From: a virus
Lineage: Duplodnaviria; Caudoviricetes
Reading direction: 5' to 3' (one strand)
DNA length: 56,027 nucleotides
IMG/VR virus record: IMGVR_UViG_3300037258_000287
Location: 1 to 56,027 of that record
In this document: positions 19,826-28,287 of the stretch, piece after piece
How positions within the stretch are numbered: position 1 is the stretch's first letter
How the letters are laid out: every line of letters begins with the position of its first letter
Made by a program: the position numbers and the translations under genes
Notes under the pieces: generated by a model
What the model was told of the DNA's origin: nothing
Databases searched by the model: none
Seen by the model: only the letters and a program-made list of their open reading frames with translations

Positions 19826-20122
19826 TCAGCAGACAGGAATTTTCATCGCGCGCATGCGGGTCTCGTAGTCTTCCTGCAACCCGGAGAGACGTTGCTCCTC
19901 AAGTACCAGTTGGCCGATCTTCGACAGGTCGAGATACTCCTGAAGGATCGAGTCCTTACAAACCTCGTCGAAGTCCGGCTTTCGGTCGATAGCCTCCGCC
20001 AGCCTCCTTAAGGCTGATGCGACTTGTTTCACTCGCTCGACGGTCCACAGGCGCTTTTCCACCACGTCGCGATGCTCCATCACGAGCCTGCCGATGGTGG
20101 CGTACTGTTCTTCTGTGCTCAT
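19826..20122 (-). CDS. Hypothetical coiled-coil protein
   Basis: 98 aa; TACACT box 8 nt before ATG. Confidence 0.55.
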   Translation of the reverse strand: MSTEEQYATIGRLVMEHRDVVEKRLWTVERVKQVASALRRLAEAIDRKPDFDEVCKDSILQEYLDLSKIGQLVLEEQRLSGLQEDYETRMRAMKIPVC

Positions 20123-20213
20123 CGCGCTTCAGTGTATCGCAGGCCGGAGCCGTAGCTTCCTTCCTCTCTTGCCTTACGCCGGGCTTCAGCCAACATCGCC
20201 ACCACTCTGCGCC

Positions 20214-20738
20214 TTACTGAACTTCGAAGCAGTACAGATCCAAAACCGAGCCGCGAAGCGAGATGGCGTATTCTCCCGGCGCAAGCGTGTTTTGCGGCGT
20301 TATGACGTAGGACCGAACGCCATACTCTGCAAAGCGAAGCGGCACAGCGCCTTCGTCTAACGTGGACTCAGCAGCCGCGCCCAAAAGAGTGCCGTGCGCC
20401 CGAGTCATGACAAACTCTCTGTGGCTTTTCGATGCCTTGAGAATCTTCAGCTCAAATCGAGACGCCGGGTCCATCGGAGACCTGCCGTTCACGATCAGCC
20501 GGGCATCCGATGGGACGCGCACGGGGGAGTGTCCGTGCTGTATCTCGGCAATCATCTTCACCGACGCGTAACCCGGCAACGCTCTGGTTTTTGCGTGGAA
20601 GGTGACGGACTGGCGCTCAAGAGGAATCAGTTTTCCTAAGGGATCAAGGGCAAAGAAGCTGCCGATATACTGGGGCTCGTCTTGCGCAACCGCCGTCGAT
20701 AACGAGAGAAGCGCTGCTATGAGAATTGTCGTTTTCAT
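20214..20738 (-). CDS. Secreted protein (lysogeny-side cargo)
   Basis: MKTTILIAALLSLSTAVAQD leader; C-terminal LAPGEYA motif. Confidence 0.65.
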   Translation of the reverse strand: MKTTILIAALLSLSTAVAQDEPQYIGSFFALDPLGKLIPLERQSVTFHAKTRALPGYASVKMIAEIQHGHSPVRVPSDARLIVNGRSPMDPASRFELKILKASKSHREFVMTRAHGTLLGAAAESTLDEGAVPLRFAEYGVRSYVITPQNTLAPGEYAISLRGSVLDLYCFEVQ

Positions 20739-20770
20739 GCCCTGCTGTTTACGCCTGCCCGAACACCATT

Positions 20771-20944
20771 TCAACCAGTCCGATCGGACTCAGTAGTACC
20801 CGCGTCCTTCGTCCCCCACCTTGCCCGAGCGGCCCGCTGCGCAAGTTCTTTCCGCGCCTCTGGCGTCAGATTCTTCCTGCTGTTCTTCCCGCCTATTGCG
20901 CCAATCGCGCGCACATCCACCAAAACCTTTTTCTTGCGAGCCAT
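20771..20944 (-). CDS. Small basic DNA-binding protein (G..GGK...LTPE.R.E.A..AA.ARW type)
   Basis: GAIGGKNSRKNLTPEARKELAQRAARARW; divergent from early operon. Confidence 0.7.
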   Translation of the reverse strand: MARKKKVLVDVRAIGAIGGKNSRKNLTPEARKELAQRAARARWGTKDAGTTESDRTG

Positions 20945-21002
20945 GATCGCTAACCATTGTACATGCAAAGTTGCCGTGCACTGTTTTTCATACAGATTTC
21001 GC

Positions 21003-21032
21003 TTGACTATATGCACAGCCGCTGTTCATAAT
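21003..21032 (+). promoter_or_regulatory. Early rightward promoter with palindromic operator
   Basis: TTGACT-18 bp-CATAAT; ATGCACAGC-C-GCTGTTCAT palindrome at 21011-21029; TAAGGAG RBS downstream. Confidence 0.7.
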
Positions 21033-21061
21033 GGAAGAGTACTAAGGAGCCGACAAACACA

Positions 21062-21400
21062 ATGTCTACCGCCACTAAAATCCCTACATCAATCTGCCCC
21101 GCATGTGGTGCCTTCGACCCGGAAACAAACTTCGTCGATGCCCCGATGCGCTGCCCTGCAACCGGTTATCAGCAGGGTGCAGGCTATCGCTGCGAAGCTT
21201 GCGGCGAAATCTCAGAGGGGGAAGACTGGGACAAGCTGGCAGGCCAGATCTGCTGCGAATGCGGCATGGTAGGCACCCGTAATTGCGTGTGCCCGCACGA
21301 TCCCGCGTATGACGAGTACATGCGGCGGCGCAAACCCGTGCTGCCCGAGCTGCCGGCAGGCTTCAAGTTCATCACGGTCATTCAGAAGGAGGTGGCGTAA
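21062..21400 (+). CDS. Cys-rich zinc-finger protein
   Basis: Three CxxCG motifs; strong RBS. Confidence 0.7.
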   Translation: MSTATKIPTSICPACGAFDPETNFVDAPMRCPATGYQQGAGYRCEACGEISEGEDWDKLAGQICCECGMVGTRNCVCPHDPAYDEYMRRRKPVLPELPAGFKFITVIQKEVA

Positions 21401-21401
21401 C

Positions 21402-21680
21402 ATGGAACGCTTTCGGTTGAACCAATGGCGCGTCAAAGTCGACGGCGAGGATCAGGCAATCTTCACCACGCGCAATTGCAGCGCAGAAGAAGCAATGGCC
21501 ATTGCGGTCGCCATGTATGGCAAGGGCGTAACGGAACTCGAAGACGAGGACTTCATCCGGCAGGATCTGACCCACGCACAACTGCACGTTGCGGACCCTA
21601 AGTATTGCGCTCTTTGCGGCTCGTACGCCGATAGCCACGACGAGAAATGCTCGGCAGCGCCGAAAGAGGAGGTGGCGTAA
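21402..21680 (+). CDS. Hypothetical protein
   Basis: AGGAGGT RBS; C-terminal CALCG...H...C. Confidence 0.65.
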   Translation: MERFRLNQWRVKVDGEDQAIFTTRNCSAEEAMAIAVAMYGKGVTELEDEDFIRQDLTHAQLHVADPKYCALCGSYADSHDEKCSAAPKEEVA

Positions 21681-21937
21681 CATGGCCGGCCTCTCTACCA
21701 TCCAGGCGCTGTTCATTGCGCTCATGCTCTACGTGCTGGCAGGCGGCGACCATCAGGACCCGCACACGCAGCACTATTTTTCTCACGAGGTGCACTCATG
21801 CCGGTAACGTACTCTCAATTCCGCGAGCTGGTCCGGACTGCTGATGGACCGTTCGGTTATCTGTTTTTCGGCATGCAGATGGTGTGCGATCCCATCATCT
21901 ACGTTGCGGTTCAATTCGGCGGCGATTGGAGCCGAGT

Positions 21938-22144
21938 GTGAATATTAAACAGCCCACGGTTCGAAAGATCAATGACCATCTCTGGTGCGGACAGCATTAT
22001 TGCTACGTGGACCTGCCCGACGGCCGCCGACTGCGCATCAGCCGCGCCCGGACACGAAAGGGCGTACTGGAAGGCCGCGTGATCATCGGCAGCGAGAAAG
22101 ATTGGGAAGTCATCCCGCCAACTGCGCGGATCGAGTTATCGTGA
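21938..22144 (+). CDS. Hypothetical protein
   Basis: GGAG RBS, GTG start. Confidence 0.5.
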   Translation: MNIKQPTVRKINDHLWCGQHYCYVDLPDGRRLRISRARTRKGVLEGRVIIGSEKDWEVIPPTARIELS

Positions 22145-22163
22145 GGCCCGAGGTTCAAAAGTT

Positions 22164-22397
22164 ATGGCAAAGCGAAAATCTGAATCTGAAAAAAGGGCGG
22201 CCGAGACTGAGCGCAACCTTCACCGGCTGCGCGATGCAGTGGAGAAAGAAGCCCTCGCTATCGCCTACAGGTTTGGTGACATCGACAACACTATGGTCAC
22301 CATGGCGGATCAACTGAAGGACGATGTGGATCGATGGATTGCGGAAGTCCGGGAGTACATAGAGGAAGCAGTCCGCGACGATCATTGGAGATTTTGA
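22164..22397 (+). CDS. Hypothetical helical protein
   Basis: GAGG RBS; 77 aa. Confidence 0.55.
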   Translation: MAKRKSESEKRAAETERNLHRLRDAVEKEALAIAYRFGDIDNTMVTMADQLKDDVDRWIAEVREYIEEAVRDDHWRF

Positions 22398-22552
22398 CCT
22401 TGGGCGCTTGCTGTGTCTTCACTTCCTTCACACGGCAGCAGGCGGCCCCGGCAGGTCTGAGGGGTAGGAGGGCAACTGTAGTTCCGCTCCTGGACGGTGG
22501 CGGATGGGGCTCTTCTATTCCCTCGGGCCTGATCGAAAGGATTTTGAAAATT

Positions 22553-22873
22553 ATGATCTCTCGTTGCCCAGTCCGAAAAGTTCGCGTGAGTCTGCGGAAA
22601 GGCCAGATCGTAGACGATGCCTACCGCGCCTTCATCAGCCGGCAAGCTTGCGTGTGCTGCGGATCGCAGAAGTGGATCGAGTGCGCGCACGTCGGATCAC
22701 GCGGCCTCGGACAGAAGTGCAGCGATTACGAAACCTTACCTCTTTGCCCTGCTCACCATGTGCAGGGTCCGGAGTCTCACCACGCACTCGGCAAAAGATT
22801 CTGGCTGGTGTGGGGTCTCAACCGATCTGCGCTCATTGCGCAGTTCAACCGACTTTACGCACGCGGGCGTTAA
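22553..22873 (+). CDS. DUF968/Ref-like HNH-type nuclease
   Basis: CVCCG...AHV...GLGQKCSDYETLPLCPAHH motif. Confidence 0.75.
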   Translation: MISRCPVRKVRVSLRKGQIVDDAYRAFISRQACVCCGSQKWIECAHVGSRGLGQKCSDYETLPLCPAHHVQGPESHHALGKRFWLVWGLNRSALIAQFNRLYARGR

Positions 22874-22893
22874 CCGCAAAGGAGAAAGACGCG

Positions 22894-23700
22894 ATGGCAG
22901 TTCTCAAACTGAAACTCGACGAGCCGGTAAAGGCGATGCTCAAATACGCGACCGGAAAATTCAAAGCGGAGGGCAGCCGCTGGCAGGGGTCGGAACCCAC
23001 GCTGATGTTCACCCTCACAGGCGGCGACATACCAGCAGTTTGCAACGCACCTGAGGCAATTCTCTCGCTGCCCCTCGATGCCGATCAGATGTTTTCTGAT
23101 TGCGGCGTGCGCAAGGGGACGCTGTTCAGCATCTGCAAGCGCAAAACTCAGCAGGGCGCGGAATATCACGAAGTGCGCAAGGTTGGCGGCCCGCAAGAAC
23201 CTCCATCAGTTCCGCAGGGCGCATCAGCCAGGGCGAACTACAGCAACGGCCACGATATGACGGCTGTGCTCGAAGCCTCGATCCAGCACGCCAAGATTGC
23301 CAAGCAGCCCGATGCTTTCGAAGCCTTACCTACTGAGTATGCGCAGCGAGTGAACCCTTCCGGAGTGACACCCGCCGCGCAACCCGGACCCACTCTCGTA
23401 AGTGCCGAGCAGCCCAAGGATACCGCAGTCGATACCATCCGCCATACCGGCCTCAGCCAGTTGTTCGCCGGCGCGGGCATCGCCGTAATCGACGCCTACA
23501 TCGCCATGCGGGATTACGCCATCAGTAAAGATCTCGACCTGGTCGACATCAAGAACAAGGGCATCAATCTCCAGGACTTGATTTCAACGGCCGTCATCCA
23601 CACCCAGCGCATGGCCGAACTCGAATGCAAGTTCATGGAGAAAGCCGCAGTCGCGATGAACCGAGTGCAGAACAACGGCGGTGTCCAATGGCGGCAATAG
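22894..23700 (+). CDS. Hypothetical early protein (possible recombination/ssDNA role)
   Basis: AAGGAG RBS; 268 aa; function inferred from position only. Confidence 0.5.
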   Translation: MAVLKLKLDEPVKAMLKYATGKFKAEGSRWQGSEPTLMFTLTGGDIPAVCNAPEAILSLPLDADQMFSDCGVRKGTLFSICKRKTQQGAEYHEVRKVGGPQEPPSVPQGASARANYSNGHDMTAVLEASIQHAKIAKQPDAFEALPTEYAQRVNPSGVTPAAQPGPTLVSAEQPKDTAVDTIRHTGLSQLFAGAGIAVIDAYIAMRDYAISKDLDLVDIKNKGINLQDLISTAVIHTQRMAELECKFMEKAAVAMNRVQNNGGVQWRQ

Positions 23701-24023
23701 CCTTCACTCAACAGGACGGGGCGGACTATACCGCCCCTGCCATCGAACCCGTCTGGGACGATGAACCCGGCTACCAAGATCATCTGCAGATCACCCGCGA
23801 ACTCGACGAGCTGCGGGAAGACAACGCCCGGCTCACCGCGCAGCTCGCCCGCGCACACCAGATCCTGCGGGCCATCAAACGCATCGAACCAAAGCCCGCC
23901 AGATGCGAAGGCTTCGAGGATGACGCCGCCGCAAATCTCGCCTCAGCTTACGCGCAAGCACACGCCAACATCCGGACGCGAGTCGATCTCTACCTCGCAA
24001 CTTGCAGGGAGGCGCAATCGTGA
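23688..24023 (+). CDS. Hypothetical coiled-coil protein
   Basis: Overlaps upstream stop. Confidence 0.5.
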   Translation: MAAIAFTQQDGADYTAPAIEPVWDDEPGYQDHLQITRELDELREDNARLTAQLARAHQILRAIKRIEPKPARCEGFEDDAAANLASAYAQAHANIRTRVDLYLATCREAQS

Positions 24024-24168
24024 CCCTACGCAAGCTCTTCGACGGCCGCCGGCAGTCCGGACGCCTCTACCGCATCACGAAGCGCGTCACCAGAACGCCG
24101 GCCGGCAAGCGGAAGACAACCTGGCGCGTCGAGCAGGTGACCGCCACGCCGAAAGGAACCACCATCCA

Positions 24169-24441
24169 ATGACGCGATCCATGCACTTTCACCCGGGCCC
24201 ACTCGCCATATCGAGCGAGCGCGGCCGACCAGGTCCGGAAGTCCTCACCCCGTCTCAGGCTGCGATCGTCGAGCAGCTCGCCCGCGGCAAATCGACACTT
24301 GAAGCATCGAAGGCGCTCGGCATCAGCGTCCACACCTTGCGATTCCAGCTAAATTTGACCTACCGCCGGGCGCAGGTATCTCACCGTGGAGAGCTGATAC
24401 TGTGGGCGCTGGGGCATGGCTTTGGAAAGGGGGCCGTATGA
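24169..24441 (+). CDS. LuxR-type HTH regulator
   Basis: LTPSQAAIVEQLARGKSTLEASKALGISVHTL motif. Confidence 0.75.
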   Translation: MTRSMHFHPGPLAISSERGRPGPEVLTPSQAAIVEQLARGKSTLEASKALGISVHTLRFQLNLTYRRAQVSHRGELILWALGHGFGKGAV

Positions 24442-24767
24442 TCCGCATTTTGATTTGGGGAGGCGCACGCGCATGACCTGGCTAGTCTTCGGATTCGTCG
24501 CCACGGCATTCCTCGCCGTGTTTCTGTTCTTTGTCTTCGCGGGCGACTGGGTGTTTGGCAAGATCCGCAGGCGCGCCACTCTTCGCCGGCTTCGCGATCG
24601 GGGGTTACTGTGATGGAGGCATTCGCCGTTATCTTCGTCATGACGTTCGCCATCCGTGGCCTGCTCGCCTTCATCGGAGACCTGAACCTCTACCGCGCCC
24701 AGCAGCGCCGTGTCGATCGGGCGCTCGCCCGCCGGCGCCAACCCGGTAAATAATCGTATTTTCGCCA

Positions 24768-24796
24768 TTGACAATAATCCAGCAAACCGCTATGAT
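24768..24796 (+). promoter_or_regulatory. Sigma70 promoter
   Basis: TTGACA-17 bp-TATGAT in an AT-rich gap. Confidence 0.75.
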
Positions 24797-24850
24797 GGTT
24801 ATGTAAGAAAGAACTGACGCCGGCAGTAACCGGCAGAAAAGAGCAAAGCA

Positions 24851-25177
24851 ATGACAACGATCACAGGTAACACCTTCCCGGTCAAAGATCAACTCAAGGC
24901 CCTCGGTGCGCGCTGGAACCCCGACGCGAAAGGCTGGATGGTCTCTGACGACAAGGCCGATGTGGCCCGCAAACTCGTCGCGGGCGCTTCTACCGCCCCC
25001 AGGCAGGCGACCGGCAAGCCCCACTTTCACAAATGCCACGAATGCGGCGCGCCCAGCCGCGGATACTATCGCTGCTATGAATGCTCACTTGAGTATCGCG
25101 ATGGCGGCTCACGCGCGAACGGTGGCATGTCGTACTACGACAAAAACGGCCGTTTTGTGCTCGGCGATGACGACTAG
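24851..25177 (+). CDS. Hypothetical protein (DUF5710-like N-terminus plus Zn finger)
   Basis: GNTFPVKDQLKALGARWNPDAKGW; CHECG...CYEC. Confidence 0.65.
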   Translation: MTTITGNTFPVKDQLKALGARWNPDAKGWMVSDDKADVARKLVAGASTAPRQATGKPHFHKCHECGAPSRGYYRCYECSLEYRDGGSRANGGMSYYDKNGRFVLGDDD

Positions 25178-25283
25178 CCTAGCCTCCCTGATGAGCCGTG
25201 CGACGGCGAAACCCGCTCATGCGGGTCGGAGGATTCCAATCTACCCCGGCGCGCTCCGGTAAGAGCGCGGAAAGAGAACCAAA

Positions 25284-25727
25284 ATGGCAAACGACAATCC
25301 AAAGCTCACGATTACCCTGACCGGAAAACCTCCGGTCAAAATCACCAAAGACGAATGGCCTATAGTAGCGTCGGCCGAAGACAAACATTACGACAATCAG
25401 CACGAATTCCAGGCCAATCGCACGGCCACATGGAAGCTGATCGTCCGGCAACACAAGGACGGCCGCACGATCGTATATGGCATCTACAGCTATAGCAGTC
25501 AGTACCAGGGGGAAAGCGGCTCCGACATCAGAGGCGGTGAGCTTATCGCCGTCGAAGGATCCTCGGAGGAGGAGATCGGCGAGACCGACGGAATCATCGC
25601 CGCAATCCAGCGGGTAGGCGAAGACATGGAACAGCGCGTCCCGGATAACGGCGTGTGGGGAAAGGGCTATTTCCCCCGGCTGGTCCATGAGTGCATAGCG
25701 GACCTCCCCGCCGTGGAGCTGACATAG
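25284..25727 (+). CDS. Hypothetical phage protein
   Basis: 147 aa; ITLTGKPPVKITKDEWP...VRQHKDGRTIVYG. Confidence 0.65.
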   Translation: MANDNPKLTITLTGKPPVKITKDEWPIVASAEDKHYDNQHEFQANRTATWKLIVRQHKDGRTIVYGIYSYSSQYQGESGSDIRGGELIAVEGSSEEEIGETDGIIAAIQRVGEDMEQRVPDNGVWGKGYFPRLVHECIADLPAVELT

Positions 25728-25728
25728 G

Positions 25729-26217
25729 GTGATCGACCTTACAGATAAACGCTTCATTCGGCTACAGGTGATCGAGATAGCGCCAGAAAGGAGTTCATCT
25801 GGCGCTATCCGTTGGGTCTGCCAATGTGACTGCGGAAACCGGGTCACGGTTGATACCACCGACCTTCGGAGAGCTAAGACCATGAGCTGCGGATGTGCAA
25901 GACGAAACCCATTGACAACGCGTGAACAGATATTACTCAAGACACTAATGCGCGAGCCTGTAGGTCGTCCCGTGGTGAGGCGAGCCAAGTCCAAGATTGA
26001 TCGGCGGTCGATTGTGAGGCGTGATTTGTCCGGTAAAACATTCGGAAGGCTGTCGGTGAAGAGGCTTGACCATCGAGACCAATACCGGAAAGACTTTTGG
26101 TATTGCGTGTGCCTGTGCAAGAGGTCCCGTATCGTAAGGGGGGGCGCACTCTTATCAGGGCGCGCCGTATCGTGTGGGTGTAGGGGATGTAAGTCCGACG
26201 CGGGGAAAAACAAATGA
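25729..26217 (+). CDS. Zn-binding repeat protein of AP2/HNH endonuclease type, no nuclease domain
   Basis: Two DL..K.F.RL.V...W.C.C.C...SCGC repeats. Confidence 0.7.
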   Translation: MIDLTDKRFIRLQVIEIAPERSSSGAIRWVCQCDCGNRVTVDTTDLRRAKTMSCGCARRNPLTTREQILLKTLMREPVGRPVVRRAKSKIDRRSIVRRDLSGKTFGRLSVKRLDHRDQYRKDFWYCVCLCKRSRIVRGGALLSGRAVSCGCRGCKSDAGKNK

Positions 26218-26297
26218 GTTAGCCGACTGTGGAGTGACGCTGAGCCAGGATCATATCTCTTGGCCAATGCGCCCGCACAGCCGGGTACGATATCCAA

Positions 26298-26456
26298 ATG
26301 CAGACTGATAATATTACCCGCATCCGCCGCGCTGCCAGCCTCGCCCGCAAGACCAAATCCGGGGGCCGTAACGGAGGCCGTCCTATCAATCCCGATCGCT
26401 GCCACTGCGGGAAGATGACGCGGCTTCGTGCCGAGCAACGCGGGCATCGCTGCTGA
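26298..26456 (+). CDS. Small basic GGRP/Cys-His protein (52 aa)
   Basis: MQTDNITRIRRAASLARKTKSGGRNGGRPINPDRCHCGKMTRLRAEQRGHRC. Confidence 0.55.
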   Translation: MQTDNITRIRRAASLARKTKSGGRNGGRPINPDRCHCGKMTRLRAEQRGHRC

Positions 26457-26499
26457 CCGCCGGCCGTAAATGAAACGCTCATCCCGACTAAGGGAGCAG

Positions 26500-27150
26500 A
26501 TGGACAAGCAGCTCACCGCCGCAATCTACGCCCGCGTCTCGACCAAAGACAAAGGGCAGGACACCGAGAACCAACTCTCGCAGCTCCGGAAGTATGCCGC
26601 GAAACAGGAATGGGAGACCGTCGAGTTTATCGACCATGCCAGCGGAAAGCATGCGGACCGCGACGGCCTCACCAAACTCTTCGAAGCAGCGAGCCGGCGG
26701 GAGATCGATGTGGTGTTGGTTTGGGCTCTTGACCGTTTCACCCGGCAGGGCATCTTTGAGACGTTCGAACACATCGCCAAGCTCTCAAAGTATGGCGTGA
26801 GCTTCGAGAGTTTGACTGAGCCTCAGTTCCGGACCACCGGCGCCACTGGGGAGCTGATGCTGGCGATTGCAGCCTGGATCGCGAAGCAGGAACGCATCCG
26901 GATCAGCGAGCGCACCAAGGCCGGCCTGGCTACCGCACGGGCTAAGGGAAAGATTCTCGGCCGTCCGCGGATAGTGTTCCGCATCGACCTCGCCGAACAG
27001 ATGCGCGCCGCGGGCAAGAGTTGGCGGGCTATCTCTCGAGAACTCGGCATCCCCCACGCGACTATCCGGAAAGCACTTTCGGAGCGGAAAGCATCCCTAA
27101 AACCCGCGAAAAGGGGTGTGCAGAAAACCCCATCGAAACCCCGCCGCTAA
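26500..27150 (+). CDS. Small serine recombinase (resolvase/invertase)
   Basis: YARVST catalytic Ser, LDRFTR, ERIRISERTKAGL...G..LGRP, C-terminal HTH; alternative start 26470. Confidence 0.93.
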   Translation: MDKQLTAAIYARVSTKDKGQDTENQLSQLRKYAAKQEWETVEFIDHASGKHADRDGLTKLFEAASRREIDVVLVWALDRFTRQGIFETFEHIAKLSKYGVSFESLTEPQFRTTGATGELMLAIAAWIAKQERIRISERTKAGLATARAKGKILGRPRIVFRIDLAEQMRAAGKSWRAISRELGIPHATIRKALSERKASLKPAKRGVQKTPSKPRR

Positions 27151-27189
27151 AGTGTTGCAAACAAAACACGGGATTTAGCCTGTTTTGGG

Positions 27190-27215
27190 GTGCGGCGAAC
27201 GGTCGTTTGTCGCAC
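27190..27215. promoter_or_regulatory. Putative res/inv crossover site
   Basis: GTGCGGCGAACG-GT-CGTTTGTCGCAC: 12-bp arms (10/12 match) around a 2-bp core, 40 bp after the recombinase stop. Confidence 0.5.
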
Positions 27216-27371
27216 AGTTCCTACCTGGCTAGGAATTGCGGGACGGCTAGTTCTCCGGTAAGCTGCAGCTCGAAGCTGTTCATCGTCCCTGCCCCTATTC
27301 TCGCCCGCTGCGCGCGTCCCCCACGCTACAAAATGCGACACGCCAGCGCGATATTGGGCACAATGAGACGC

Positions 27372-27596
27372 ATGAGCCAGCGCGACCACGGGAAACCAGA
27401 GATCGGCGAACTTCAGTTTAAGCCGGAGACTCAGTACCTCACCGCTGAAGGCTATCCGCTAGGCACAACCTGCTGGTATGTGATAGCCGAGGTGAACGGC
27501 GCGCGGAAGTACTGCTGTGGAGACACGCCGGGAGATGCGTTGCGGGCCGCTGGCGATTTTTTCGACCAAGAGAACAAAAGGTTGGCCTCGGCATGA
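27372..27596 (+). CDS. Hypothetical protein
   Basis: CACAAT box 7 nt before ATG; GDTPGDAL motif. Confidence 0.45.
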   Translation: MSQRDHGKPEIGELQFKPETQYLTAEGYPLGTTCWYVIAEVNGARKYCCGDTPGDALRAAGDFFDQENKRLASA

Positions 27597-27850
27597 GCGC
27601 GGATCGGTCTTTGCGAATAGTTGCGGCTGCCGTCAAAGTGGGAGACGTCGTCTACGAGGGAAAGCGGCACTGCGAAATCATCGCGCGGATCGTTCAGGAA
27701 GGAATCGCCCAGCGCGTGACGCAGGAGCAACAAGGCTTCGTCGCGAGTGACGGGAAGTTTTATAGTCGATTCCACTCCGGGGCGATAGCAGCGCTTGCTG
27801 GCCAGACCCCGACGTGGAGGAAAGCTCTTCTCAGCGAGGATCTCTGGTAG
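27593..27850 (+). CDS. Conserved-type phage hypothetical protein
   Basis: IVAAAVK...RH...QGFV.SDGKFYSR...A..AGQ...LLSEDLW pattern. Confidence 0.7.
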   Translation: MSADRSLRIVAAAVKVGDVVYEGKRHCEIIARIVQEGIAQRVTQEQQGFVASDGKFYSRFHSGAIAALAGQTPTWRKALLSEDLW

Positions 27851-28020
27851 CCGGTGGACCATTTCCCTGACATCACGAAAATGGTATGGGAATGGGAAAG
27901 AGCACGCGGCCCAGCGATCGCGCCTCGCCGTTTTCGGTGATTCCGGATCCGCTGGTGTCGCACGGGGGGGCCGGCCGGCGGGCAGGCCTTCACCCGCGCC
28001 CTATTCCTACCGCTAAGAAG

Positions 28021-28159
28021 CCTGCCTGCCTGCCTGCCGCCCTTTTCTTATTCATTATTTCTCCTGTTATTTCATATAAGGAAGCGCCCGCGAAATCTGC
28101 CTTGGAAGGCATGTGAAATCTGCCCTGGAGGGTAGATAAAACTGCCGTGGAGGGCAGAT
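28021..28159. repeat. Candidate replication origin or operator array
   Basis: (CCTG)4, AT-rich 28043-28080, then three 20-bp palindromes at 28095, 28118 and 28140. Confidence 0.55.
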
Positions 28160-28287
28160 GCGACAAGCCGGATTTCCGCCGTAATACAGACCTTAATGTT
28201 GAAGTTATGGAAGTACCGGTATCGGACCCACCCTACAAAAGTGTAGTTACTTGAGCCATAGTACAGTCGGCTTTTACGCTCGAAAGC

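Noticed and set aside
25179-26516. 445-aa minus-strand ORF
   Set aside because: Antisense to three plausible plus-strand genes and has no recognisable motifs
27995-28170. Minus-strand rep pseudogene
   Set aside because: The reading resembles a rep linker but has no convincing start or domain; kept only as a repeat/origin candidate
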